64,000 nucleotides of DNA from Balanoglossus misakiensis (lineage: Eukaryota > Animalia > Hemichordata): positions 11,096,555-11,160,554 of the forward strand of contig CM082590.2 of assembly GCA_040954595.2 (NCBI GenBank), given 5' to 3'. The stretch's first letter is position 1, and each line of letters opens with the position of its first letter. A program made the position numbers and the translations under genes. The notes under the pieces are model-generated. The model was not told where the DNA came from and ran no database searches. It worked only from the letters and a program-made list of their open reading frames with translations. Positions 35,768 through 49,400 of this stretch are shown here, one piece after another.

Positions 35768-38700
35768 ATGGCGGAAACTGATGGTTTATTAGTCTCTGAT
35801 CCTGAAGGCAAGTATGAAAATAATTTTTATTTCGGTCTCTTTCTTTCAGAGGGGATTCATATCAACTAAGTTTTTCTAATCCAAGTTCTGAGAATGTCAA
35901 GTAAGAAACAGAGAAATTCCATGGCTAAGTGGCACCGGAATGGTTCGGATGTTCAGCCGTTTTTCGACGATCCGGCCTCCGCAGTTCAGTTCATCCAGGA
36001 TAAATCCAGCGATATTGAAAGTGAGGAAGAATGGTCCAGTAAGTACCGGAATACAGTTGGACAAATAGTTTGAAGGAAAACCCACTGGTCATGGAAATAA
36101 TGTGTGGAATTGCAGATGTTTGGTGCTCTTTTTGTATCAGTCTATCATTTCAGAATTTATGTCTCCTATCCTTCTGCTTTGTCTTTCAATAAGTCATGTG
36201 GACAATAATTATAGTAATTAGTAAAAGTTGTTAAATAATTTAATTGATGTAATTATTGTTATAACATCTGTGGATTTAAAATGTACTAATAAAGCAAAGA
36301 CCTAACATGAGAACATCAAGTCTTTTAAATTTGAAATGCAGCATATTTGATAAGTAACAACTGGTATGCTGAAGGTTAACTCATATCAAAGGATATAAAA
36401 TATTGAAATGTTTGCTTTCAAAATGTTGATTCATTATAAGAATGCAACCTGTTGCATTGATATTCTGCATTGACCCCTGAACCCAGATATCTGAAAATTA
36501 AATGCCATTTCTCATCAACTGATACATGTGATCAGAATAATATAATTTTGAAAATTGCTGATTGGTACCCATAGACAAAGTCAGAAGGGCTTATAGATCT
36601 GTCTGTCTGTCCAATAGACATGTTTGGATCCATATCATTCAAACTTGGTATACGGAAATTGTATTACTTATTAATTTTTAAAAAACATCTTTTATTAAAA
36701 TTAATTAATTTGCAAGATATAAATAACCGTAATGTCCAAAAATATGACATCGTCATCTGAGTTCTCCTACCAGTATTTCTATGAAAACTGCATACCGTAC
36801 AGTACAACGCAGCGCTTTTGTGCAGTAATTTCAAATAGTTCTGTAATTTGTAGAAGCGTAAATAAACATTGGATATTTATTCTCTGTGGTACTTCAGAGC
36901 ATTTTCCTAACAGCTGCCGATTAATCTGACTCTATTGAAGTTGACAGTCGTTGACTTTTGTTCCATATGTGGTATAGTTTTTTTACCAACCTTGGAATTT
37001 TGTTTGGAGTATAAGCTACAGTCAACTAGCTATTCATGTTTTGACGTGTACCTGACATGAAAATTAAACAGAAATTTTACATGTGCAAAAAGGCAAACCT
37101 TTCACATTCCACCAATGAACTCAGTCCACTATTTAGTGTGTAGACTAAGAGCCTCTCTTTCCAAGGACCATTTATTAAAGGCAGTATTATGCTTAAAATA
37201 TGACCAGATGGTTTGCTTGCTCGGAACAAAGAATATGGAAAAATGAAACAATCACTTGAAAATAATTCTGTATGAAGCTATGCTCATAGACAGAAGGGAT
37301 TGTCAGTACTGTGCTGTTTAAAGAATACATAGATGGTTTGTTTGGGCCTTGTTTTGGCAAAGAATGACAGTGCATACTACTGCTACTATAGGCTATAGAA
37401 TTCTATAGATATCTATAGAATGTTTGTGTAAGGGGTCATCACAACACAGAGTTTATGTTTTGAGTGTAAAGAAGCACCCACCATTATTATAACATTTTCT
37501 TATCATTCTTCAGGTCCAGTCTCGAAAAGTAAAAGCAAAAGCCGATTGACCACACTCGAGAAGTCTTTGATAGCGATACTCTTGGTTCTAATCGTAGTCA
37601 TCCTGGCATTAGCTTCAGCAGGAACATTTGGTTATTACTATGCCGTCAACACACAGGTACTGTAAACAGACGCACTAACAGATATTTTCACATTTGCAGG
37701 GTACCCTGGTTCCTTGAATCTTAGATAAACTGTATTGTGAAGATGTAATACTGTATTTCTCCTGGTTGCCGGACACACATGCAACCAGACTATAAACCTG
37801 CATGGACAGCGAGAGGGGCTGTGAGAGAGTCTACTGGTTTGGTCTGCTTTAGCTTGAGATCCATGAATCATAAATAACATGACATTCCATTTTGGGTTTT
37901 TCTTTCTTCCAGGTTTGCCTGGATGCCAGATGCGTGGAAGTGAGTGCTGATGTTTTGAAAATGATGGATGTGAAGACTGATCCTTGCACCGACTTCTATC
38001 AATACTCATGCGGAGGATTTCTGAAAGATGTGGTGCCTCCAGCTGGAAGATCCAAATGGAGTTACTTTGGAATTGTCTATGAGAAAAACCAGGAAATTTT
38101 GAAAAAGGTATACACACACTTCCTTTAGATTTTACTAGTGTTGGTCTTACTTTCATAAATGAGGTAGTCTGGTGTAGTCAACCCCTTTTGACAAATGGTG
38201 TTTTATTGTAATTAAACCAGTAGAGCAATTGTATATATTTCTCAATCACACACCCAGTCAACTGAGGTTTTTAGGAGGTACGAAATGACCTATACCTCCT
38301 GAAAAGTATGGATCCAAACAGACATAGTAGTTTGATTGATATTGGATATTGATGATCATGTACTTAATAATTGTATAAACGTTGTATGTTTCCCCTTCAA
38401 ATTTACACGTTACAAGCACCAGATCACACCTGTAGTTGTATCCATGATGCCTCAATGGTTTTCATGAGATAACAATGTTTTCTGTCACTGACTGTAGGAA
38501 TTGGAAACGCCTGGGAATTTGTACAGAGGGACGAACAACTCAGCAATCACCAAAGCCAAGAATTACTATGGTGCCTGTATGAACAAGACAGCTATCACAC
38601 TTGTAGGTGCTACACCAATGTTGGAGGTATGTTCTTTGTTTTCTACCGTTCCTGGTAATCCCATTACATACAAAATAATTAACATACACAAATGTAACCT

Positions 38701-39365
38701 GTAGTATCTTTCTCCCTCTATTCCAAACAGTTAATAGGAAATCTTGGATCTTGGACTCTGACCAGTGATAGGCTGTCTGGACAGTGGCAGGAGGCGGAGT
38801 TTAATTTGATTGACACGCTGACAAAGGCCCATAAACTCGGAGCATCTGCACTTTTCAATATGGCTGTTGGTACAGATGACAAGGACTCCAGCAACAACGT
38901 TTTACAGGTCAGCAAAATGTCTACTGTGCAAACATAGCAAATCAGCTCTGTTTGTACAGAAACTGTCTAAACTGAACCCTGTCTAATCTGGAAACCTGAA
39001 CACTTTTTTCCGTCCCTTTGACATATAGAACCACATGTTAAAAGAACCTCTATAAAAAGCTGTCGTTAGGACACCTCTGCAAATTAAATTGAACATTTTC
39101 TTCTGTCCATTTGATGTTCTGTTTAGACAAGTTGTATCGGTATTTATACCATGCATGCATATTCAATTTGGCATTAAACTGAGTGTCATGTGTTTATTGA
39201 TTTGATATGTCTTATTTGTTTCAGATTGACCAGTCTGGTTTGGGTCTAGACTCCCAAGATTATTACTTCAGTAATGATACAGTGAGTTAATTTGTCTTGT
39301 GTGTTTGCGAGATATGGCTCCTTTGAAACTTAGCTCTCCCCCCTCTCTCTCTCTCTCTCTTTTTC

Positions 39366-39403
<38 letters not shown>

Positions 39404-42400
39404 CCTCCTCCCTCTCCCCCTCTCTCTCCTCTTTTTCTTTCTCATTCTTAAACATGCATTTAATCAATTTAATATTGACATTTCAGGCTGTTCAACGTGA
39501 AGCTTACAAAACCCTGTTTATGGAACTTGCCGTTCTGCTCGGAGCTGACCAGACTCAAGTCCAGGAAAAAGTTGAAGACGTTTTCTCTTTTGAAACAAAG
39601 TTGGCATCTGTAAGTTCCACTTATAAAAAAAAAATTGACTTGTTCTTCAGATACTAGGGAAGCTATTAACATGGAGCAGCACTTTACACACATCACAATT
39701 ATCTTTGTCCTACCATACCTACGGTACTTCTGTTCAGGAGAAGCTTATATCTCATCGCATGCATGCGAGATTCACAATGGGTGTATTGTTGTACTTTGTG
39801 TGATGTTGATGTGTGTTTATTTCAGATTTTTACACCTGCAGAGGAGATGAAGGATCCGGAAATGAACTACCACAAAATAACAATCAAGGAGCTCAGCCAG
39901 CTCATGCCTGTGGTAAGTGTTCCCAAATATCAAGTAACTTTTATCTGTAGGGAAAATATTGGTACGGGCAAATGCTGGTGGTTTTGTTGGATGAATTCTT
40001 TGATATCAATCATGTGAAATGACATTGCCACATCCAGTAAAAGTTTGTCCGAGTATGTTTATGCTTTAGAATCACCAGACATGAAACATGTATCGAACAT
40101 GGTGCCTCATCATCAGCCTCATGGCATTTTGTCTGCGCAGTCTCTCTCTGCACCACATTGCCCGTCAGCTGTAACTGCATCTGACGTCATTTGATATCAA
40201 AGAATATAATGTTTTTGAAGCATCAATACCACCTGGTCACTGGATTGGAAATGTTACACTGTATGTGATCATTTATTTTTTCTTTATTGTGCAGATTGAT
40301 TTGAAGTCGTATTTGGATGAAATGTTTGGTCCTGGAAAAGTCAAAAATGGTGATGAGATCATTGTCTATTCACCGCATTATTTTGAGAGCATGTCACAAC
40401 TTGTGGAGAACACAACCAAGAGGTGAGACGGAAAGTTTCAGAGGAGATGAGTTTTCATATTTTGATGGTGTTCCATGATGAGACAAAGTTGCTCACTTTT
40501 GACAGTACATGGCTGATGTTTAGAGGAGTGATATTCATTATTGCGGTAGAGTCTTTGCACTTAATGCAAGTACCAAAGTAGTGCTTTAAATAGTTATTTT
40601 GGAAGTGTCCCTTGCTCTCTACAGTGTTTGTAAACGTTTGATGTAATGGTGACTTATAAGTAGATTGGTCTAAGCAAATCAGAAAGAGTTCCTTGTCACA
40701 ACTAAAGACATTCCTCATTTCTTTCCAGCACCCTGACTGACTACATCATGTTTCAAAGCATCTCCCGATTCATGTCCTATCTTTCGGATCCATTTATTGA
40801 TATCTTAATGGAGTACGTCGCGGCCACGCAGGGGGTCAGTGATCTTCCTCCCAGATGGAAAACATGTGTCAGTCATGCCGATTCAACCATAGGCTTTGCT
40901 ACTGGGGCTTTATTTGTACAAGAAGAATTCCCTTCAGATTATAAAGCTGCTGTAAGTCTCTAAATGATAAATTTCTGTAGTTCATTTTATTTTTGTAAGT
41001 CCACTTTTACCATATATTCAGTCTGTCAGTAATATGGTACATGAGTAATTTGAGAATTGGAGAAAAATTCCTATCCCTGTTTTTAAACTCTCTGGTGTAT
41101 TTTTATCTCTTCATCTGTGTCCAGTATATTTTCATGCTGGCTGTCACTTGGTAAATATTATCATACATTTTCCATTGTTGTAAAATCAAGTCGTATTGTA
41201 TTGTATTGTATTGAGCTGTATTTTCCTACATGTTACAGTGTTGTATGACACATAAGTGCTTGTTTAATACATACCAGTATTCTCACTGATATCTTGTATT
41301 GTGTTACGTCGCATTTGTATTGTACTGGAGTATATGCTTATTGTATTATATTGTATTCTATTGTTTTACATGAATATTGTATTGCATTGTATTATACATC
41401 TATCAGTATCAGTGTGTTACATGTTGTGCTGTGCTATGTTGTGATGTGATATATTGTGTTGTGTTGTGTTGTGTTGTGTTGTGTTGTGTTGTGTTGTGTT
41501 TTGTTAGTGTGTTGGATGAGCCATAAACTCCACAAATGGCTGACCACGCATACGCAGAATTTATATGTTACTCTTCGTATTCATGTGTATTTTATTGTAT
41601 TTTACTCTTCGTATTCATGTGTATTGTATTGTATTGTATTTTAGTATAGTTTAGTGTGCTATGGTGTATATGTGATATATAACTTTTCCCAACATTTTAT
41701 CATCTGTAGGTTGAAGACATGGTGAATTCCTTGAAAGTCGCTTTTCAAGAGAATCTGCCCACAGTGACATGGATGGATGAAATTACTCAACAGAGGGCGC
41801 TTGATAAGTTGAATAAAATCACTGACAAGATTGGTTATCCAAGTTGGCTGGAAAAACCAGACAAACTTGAAGAATACTATGAAAAGGTAGATGTCATTGT
41901 TTGATTGTCTCTGTTAACTTATCTTTCTCACAATTGGTCCAGATATTAACCTTATCTTTCTCACAATGGTCCATGCCAGCTTTTAACCCTTTCATCCCCA
42001 GTTCCCTCTTTAGAGGTCCAAACTTACTATAGAAAACATTAGGTTAGGACTGAACCATAGCGGTGAAAGGGTTACCTCCTATTGCAATGAAGTGTTGATG
42101 TATTCCTTTTTCTTTCACTGCAGCTTGATGTGACACCAGATTTGTTTTTCAAGAATGGACTACAGGCGAGTTATTTCTACATCCAGAAAAATCTTGACAA
42201 GCTCGGCAAGCCAGTTGACAGATCCATGTAAGTATCAAACTCGTACTGTTACAAGGGAGTGTCTCCAAGGCTGATATAGTTGCATATAGTTACTGTAAAA
42301 CACTTTATTTTCGTGAGCAATAAATTTTCGCCAAATGAGAGTTGAAGGAAAAAATGCTGAGCCTAAAAATTATAGCTGTTTCCATTCAAATTAACTTGAA

Positions 42401-43802
42401 TTCCATCTTCTTTTTTTCCATGGAATTGCTGTCATCATCAGGTGGGATATGGTGCCGGCAGAGGTGAACGCCTACTATGATCCGGCACGGAATGAGATAG
42501 CTTTCCCAGCCGGAATACTCCAGAAACCTTTCTACTCTCCGTCCTTTTCCATGTAAGTAGAAACCATCTTCTATCGGTCGTTTCACATGTCATGGTTCAG
42601 TTTTGTATGCAAGTACTGGACAAGCGTCACTCGGTGGCAAACTGTTGGTGTTGGTGGTTGGTGGTTGGGAGTGAAATTTAAAGTTTTTGAAATCATCATA
42701 AACAAATACACTTGCATCTCTCCCCTCCCCCTTCCCCTCCCTCCCTCCCTCCCCCTTCATCCTCTCCACCCCCTGAAGGTCCATCAACTTTGGACGGATC
42801 GGAATGGTGATAGGCCATGAACTGACGCACGGTTTTGACAGTAGCGGACGACACTTTGACGAGTATGGCAATCTGGTTAACTGGTGGCAGAATTCCTCTG
42901 CCGTTGAATTTGACCAGCATTCACAGTGTATTATCGAGCAGTATGACCAGTACCCGATTGGGTCTATCCATGTGAGTACGCCCTCAGTGATGAGACAATC
43001 TAATCTTTCGGTTTTATCAGCTTTTTTCACCAATTCGGAACAGTAATGGTGCATTTGTGTGGGAGATAAATCGAGTTTGAGTCAGGTGATTATAGAAGAG
43101 CTAGTTTATTCAAAGATTCTGTAACATTTTCATTACACTGATATGGACGTTGAAGTCTGAAATAAAGTTTATAATAATGTGTTAATCAGGTTGTACAATA
43201 TGAAAATATAGAAATTTTGTGTAAACTTGCATCTTTCACTGGTATGGAAATCTCACAACCCCTGCCAACCAATCAAATTACACAGCTGCAATCACATGCA
43301 AATCACATGACAACTCTCTGACACTTGCAGCTGAACGGCGAATCCACGCTCAATGAAAACATCGCAGACAACGGCGGCATCAAAGTGGCTTACATGGCGT
43401 ACAAGCACTGGGTCGAGAACAATCCGGTTGAGAAACCACTTCCGGCATTAGACCTGACTCCGGATCAGCTCTTCTTTGTTGGGCATGCCCAGTTGTGGTG
43501 TACGTACTATACCCCTGAGTATGCCATGCAGGCAGTCTATACTGATGTACACAGCAATTCTAAATATAGGTGAGATCAGTAGCACTTGTCATTACAGACA
43601 TCTCTCTAACCTTACCGTAGAAAACAATGGATTTGGATTGAACCATGGTGGTGAAAGGGTTAAAAGTACATCTGATTTCAGCCGCAATTTATCTCTTCCC
43701 AGGGTCATTGGTGTGGATTCCAACTTCCCAGCGTTCTCTGCAGCGTTCAACTGCCCCGTGGGAAGTCCAATGAACCCAGAGAAAAAATGCAGTGTCTGGT
43801 AA
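35768..43802 (+). CDS. M13 zinc metallopeptidase (endothelin-converting enzyme/neprilysin-like), type II membrane protein, multi-exon
   Basis: TM anchor [20 protein letters not shown], then [38 protein letters not shown], zinc motif [17 protein letters not shown], and C-terminus [19 protein letters not shown]. The start exon (35768-35807) is inferred via a GC donor. Confidence 0.92.
38954..39141. mobile_element. MITE-like element with terminal inverted repeats; a related end sequence occurs at ~61460-61500
   Basis: AACTGTCTAAACTGAAC ... GTTCTGTTTAGACAAGTT. The left end CTGTCTAAACTGAACCCTGTCTAATCTGGAAACCTG recurs as a near-exact reverse complement at 61460-61497. Confidence 0.6.
41455..41500. 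repeat. (TTGTG)n microsatellite within a degenerate pentamer-rich tract
   Basis: Tandem GTGTT units; TATTG repeats nearby. Confidence 0.9.
41983..42074 (+). mobile_element. piggyBac-type MITE copy
   Basis: TTAA-CCCTTTCATCCCCAGTTCCCTCTTTAGAGGTCCAAACTTAC..GGTGAAAGGG-TTA. Confidence 0.8.
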
Positions 43803-46491
43803 AAACCATAACACCAAGGAAAGCGTAACTATGGTAACACAATCCAGAGATGAAAATGATTGTGTTGTATTGTAAATGAAACAACAGAGTGCCGTACAAC
43901 CAGTTCATTAATGAACACAATTTCATGTTGTGGATCCCCACCTTGGCAAACCAAACTAATCAGGAAAGGGGTTTTAACTGAAATAAATTTATTGCCTTGG
44001 TGACTATGAAGAATGAAGAATTGACATAATCATGGATGTGATATGAGTGATCATCTTCTGCTTGCAGATGTCGTAAGTTCGTTTACAGTCTTAGCAGGCG
44101 AAGATGTTGTGTGGTTTTGCTGAACCCACTGGTTGAATCTCAAGTCACGGATGTTTTAGTTCAGGATTTCTTTTTGGAGGTTATTAGACGGTGATGGGGT
44201 ATTATTATTAGCAATATTTACAGATTGATCTCAGGATAGAACCACAGGGTGTTTGAATAGTAGTGGTGCGAGATACATTTGTTTTGAACACAGGGTGCAT
44301 TTTAGCTACAAGCAAATTCAAACAGGTTTTGAAAATCGTGTTAAGGGTGTAAAATATAAAATTCCATGTCTTCCATTGTCTTTCAAGTCTCGTTTGTAGA
44401 TGGCTGTTTCTAGAAGAACAGACTCTATGCTAGTTGTGTTTTTATGATCTTGTTAAAATTAAAACTGGAATATTTGCTTGGGTCAGAAACTACTTTTTCA
44501 CTAAACATTGAGGACGCACATTCAATGAAGGGTTAACTTCGCGATGTGGCGTGCATATCAGGCTATGAGATTTCAGCAGGTTTTTTTTTTACGGGTTATG
44601 GAATATTGTAAGTAATATGTACAGAATTTAATTACATTTTGATTGCAGGATGAAAACACAGGGTAGAAATTAGAGTCACTTTTGAAATGTCAAAACGATG
44701 CATATCTAACTCAAGTGAAAACAAAATTAATTTGGGTCTGATCATGACACTGGTTTAATTTTTATTAGCTGGGGGAGTGAGTAAATCAAAGAGAAATTCA
44801 ACATTTCATGGAATAAAAGTTGTTTGTACTTGAATGATTTCTAAATATCCAATAGCTGTGAACATTGCAATGTGATACGATGTCACACCACACAACACTT
44901 CACAACACTATCACTATACCACACTGTACTGCAATGACACCATACTTCACCACACTACACTGTGCCCAGAAAAAACAACAACACAAATAGACATCAATGG
45001 TTATAGTTACTGCCTTTTAATAATTTGACCAAATATGAACTTTAAAACTCAAAATGTAGACAATAAAACAATCTTGAAAAGAATCATTTATATTACTTAA
45101 AGAATTCACTTTGTTTTATCGACAACAAAAGGCTGGAGGAACAAGTTTGATATCACTAGCGGGCGCTGTCTAGTACAATTCTTAGTTCAGTTGCGAATTC
45201 TGAATCGTCAAATATGTTGAACTTTTGGCAGTAATCAATATGAAAAGACATACAAATAGCAAAAGCACCCTTTGAATTTATAAAAAAGGGGAAAAGCACA
45301 ACATGAAATATTTATGTAAGTTTTATTTGTATATATCTATGAATTCACTTTTCTAATGAAATGTTGCAAGGTGTCTTGGGAACTCCTAAGTTCATGGAGG
45401 CCTGGGTGTGATGTGATTGGTCAGGTGGTATACAGGCAGTGCAATGTGATTGGCTCAGGGTGAGCTTATTTGCATATCAACACAATGTACATCTGCCGTC
45501 AGTCCAACCCTGTGGTGATACACAATATTTGGCTATTTTCTTCTGAGCGAGGTTCAACAGTCTTTTATTTTGAAATCCTTAATATTGCGACCTCCAGTTT
45601 AAAAGTGTAGTTAATTTTGCAACTGCCAGCTCTCATGCACTTAAAGCGTGTAGCTCGTCTCACGCGCATGCGCGTAACTTCCCAGCAAATTTTCATTTCA
45701 AGGCATTCAAATAGTGGACTGCCTTCACTTCCTTCCATATTTCATGCGCACCGTATAAGTAGATTCTGGTTTTGTCCCTCCTTTTCACCCAAGCAGGTGT
45801 CTTTTCCCGATCTCCGACACAGATTATGGTCGCCGCCATCTTGTGTGAGCACTGCCTTATGGGATTGACTGTTCACTAAACGTCTGTAACCAGCGGCTAC
45901 AGTTGGAACATGCGTGTGAGACGAGGTACGCGCTTTAACAGAAAGAAATGTGAGTTGACGCAAACTTTCAACATTCAGTCTTCTCTACAGCAGACTGTTT
46001 GGTACAATGATATCATTCCTGTTGGAATTTGTTATCAAAACAATATTAAGTCCTCTCATGGAATAAAACACAATGAAGCTAAAAGACATTTGATGACAAC
46101 TTGAATACATATAAGTATCCTTATATTTTTCAAATTCTGGTCAGCAAAGCACTACTTCTCTGTTCAAAATTTGCCAGATACAGACTCACAAATTTCAGAA
46201 TATTTTTCATCTCAATGTTGCCACAAGATCACCCCTTTCAATGAGTGGAATAACCGATCACTGGCAAGTTCATGAGCATGTGTGTGCTGAGCAGGGTTCT
46301 GCCCACTCCAGACGGCGGGGGGGGATGGTCCATTCAAGTGAAAGCGCTATTTTGTACTCAATCCAGTCTGTTGTTTCATTTTGATGAATGGGGACATGAA
46401 TCTTAATAAGTTGCCGGCAACCAAACTGGACAGAACCCTGCTGAGTATCTGTGAATATTCGACACGCAATTCTGATTAATCATTTGATGCT

Positions 46492-49400
46492 TCATGACGC
46501 CATGTTAATCTCCCCTTGCTCCTCCTCTTCCCCAGAATCTAAATCCATATCGTCATTGCTGAATGATCGGTCGACGCTGAATGGATAGACAGGTGGTGGT
46601 GGCATGAGTCGTTGGATGTTCGGAGGTGGTATTGGTGGTGGTGGCAGAGACATTGGAGCTGGCATGGAGGGTGGCTGGTTCACGGCTGGTGGGGCTCCCA
46701 TGGTTGGTGGCTTTTGATAGCTGAAAGAATGACAGTTTATAGTTACTACACATTCATCCCAGGTTTGACTGTAGTTGTTCATAGGAAAGTTGTTTTCGCA
46801 TTCAAGTAATTAGACGACAGCCTTTCAACTCATATATGTGAGTGATTTCAAATCCCGCCTCTCAAAATTGTGACAAGAGAACAATGAAATCTAATAATGG
46901 CTGATGTGAAAGAGAAAGTCGGTAGCATTAATAATATCAAAAGTTAGTAACTTTGTCTCTTCAATGTTCACAACTTTTTAACTTACCCAGTGTTTTCTGG
47001 CACAGTGGCTTTCTCAAGCTTGTCTTCATGAGAGATTTCCATGGGTGTCTCTATTCCTGTGACCCCGGAAAGCTCATGTCCAGCGTCTCCGGAATGTTCA
47101 CTGCTGCCGTGTTTGGCGTCCCCTGCTGCACTGTTATCGCGTACCGCGTCTTCTGTGATGCCACTCGTATCTTCTTCCTGCTTGGTCCGCGTCACTTCCT
47201 GTTTGTCTGACTTCGCTTCGTCTTGATTTCCGTTTTCAGATTCGTCTTGTCGCTGATCGTCTTTTGGTAACGATGTCTTCTCTTCCTGCGTTGATTCATC
47301 CAACTTCTCCTGCTGCTGCGAGTTTTCGTCTGTCGTCTTTTCCTCTGTCGTTGTCTCCGTTTGTTTCTCTGTCGTGGCTGCGTCTGCTGTGTTCTTTTCT
47401 GTTTGAGCTGCGCCGTGTTGGTTGTTTGTTTCTTCACCTACTTTGTCACCATTTTCGGTCGATTCATGAACTTGTGCATCACCTACAAACCCCAAAATAG
47501 TACAATCATGTTGTTTTTAATTCATCGGTTATCAGCAAGTGTCAATTCACCCTTCATACAAGCATATCAACAATGTGCCTCATTTTTCAGGAACCCGTTT
47601 TATTCTGCAAAATGCAGATTTCCACTTACCTGTTTGTTTGGGCTGTCTGTGTTTCTGTTTACTTTGAAGTCGTTCAAAAACCACTCTGCTCGTAGCACTG
47701 TCATTTGCCTCGCCTTCTTTTAGAAATACAAGTTTAAATCTGTTGTATAAATATTCTGCCTTCTCTCGTACCTTTCTGTTTCCTTTATATTTCCTGATCT
47801 GTAGGTGAGATGAAAAATTAATGCAAGGGGTGTTACTAGTATGTGTCCACTATCATCATCATCATCATCATCACCACTATCATCATCATCATCATCATCA
47901 CCACTATCATCATCATCATCATCACATCAACATACCTTTTTCAAAGTTTGAAGGAATTCTGTATTTTTCCGAAGTACTGTACCACTAAGCTCTAGACTGT
48001 CTATGTCTACTAACGCTCGTATACATCTGTCGTAATCCTGCGATGAGAAAAAAACATCCCTTTTTAAATGACATCAGTTTACACACAATATTCACAATGA
48101 AATGTCAGAAGTTTAAGCAAGAGCTCAAGAAAGCAAAACTTTAACTTCGTTGACTGATAAGATATCTCATCACTTACTGGATTCTCCAAGGCTAATGACT
48201 GCTTGATATCCATGTGAAATTCTTCTAAAATTTGCTCCAATTGATTTACTGTTAAGAAAACAGACACTATGTGAGACATTGAGAATTCAGAGAGCAAGTT
48301 TCCCTACAGTTAATACACTTCCTTCCCACATAGTGAATCACATGATCACATTCCACTGTGATGTACTTACATTTTTTCTTTTCTAGTCTCTTCAATTCTT
48401 TCTCGTCTAGTTTGTCAAATCTGGAAGAAAGAACACAGTTTATCATCATTCCAATATTGATTTGGGTGACGCGATGTTTTGTTTTCTTTGCTTCCCTTCC
48501 ACCCCCATTTCCCACTGTAAAGGTCCAAATGTACCATTAACACCAATAGATTTGGACCAAACCATGGTGGTGAAAGGGTTAAATTATACAGCATTGACCA
48601 TAACAACTCACACTAATCAAATAGTTTTAAAATCTTACTTTTTCTTTTCTGGTTTTTCTTTTTTCTTCTCTTCTGTATGTTTCTTTTGTTTCTCTGTAAG
48701 CTCTGTCATCTTTCTGGTTCTTTCTTCTTTTCCTTTTTTCTATTGAGAGGAAAACAATCAATTGCTTATTAATATACATTCTTATTAAAATTCACATCTC
48801 TTGCAAGTCAAACCCATGGTCACTTTAGATAAGTTTCTACTACATAGAAAGGACCACTAGCACAGATTTGACCATACCTTAGTTTCTGTTTCCTCCTCCT
48901 CATCATCTTCATCCTCCTCCTCCTCCTCTTTTTCCTCCCTCTCTTTTTCCAGTCTCTCCTGCCGTTCCCTTTCCCGCCTCTCTTTCTCCAATCGCTTCTT
49001 CTCTTCCAGTTCCTTCCGTTTCTTCTCCCGAGCTTCCTGTCTCTTCTTCTCCAGTTTCTCTTCCTTCTTCCTCGTCTTTTCCTCCTCTTTCCGTTTCGCC
49101 TTTTCCAATTTTTCCTCCTCTTTTCTCTTGGCTTTTTCTGCTTTATCTTCCGGAGCCTTGTCTTTCACTTCTTCCTTGTGTCTCTTACTTCCCTTTTCTT
49201 TCCTTCTTTTCTCCTTTTCTTCTTTCTTTCTCTCCTTTTCCATTCTTTCATTTTCTTCTTCTATCTCTTCTTGTTGACGCTGTTTTTTCAACGCTGCTTC
49301 CTCCTCTTTCCTTTTTTGTTCTTCTCTTTGTCGTCTCATTTCTTCGTCTCGTTTCTTCCAGCTGCTGACTCTGTCATCATCGCTTGAATCACTAACAAAT

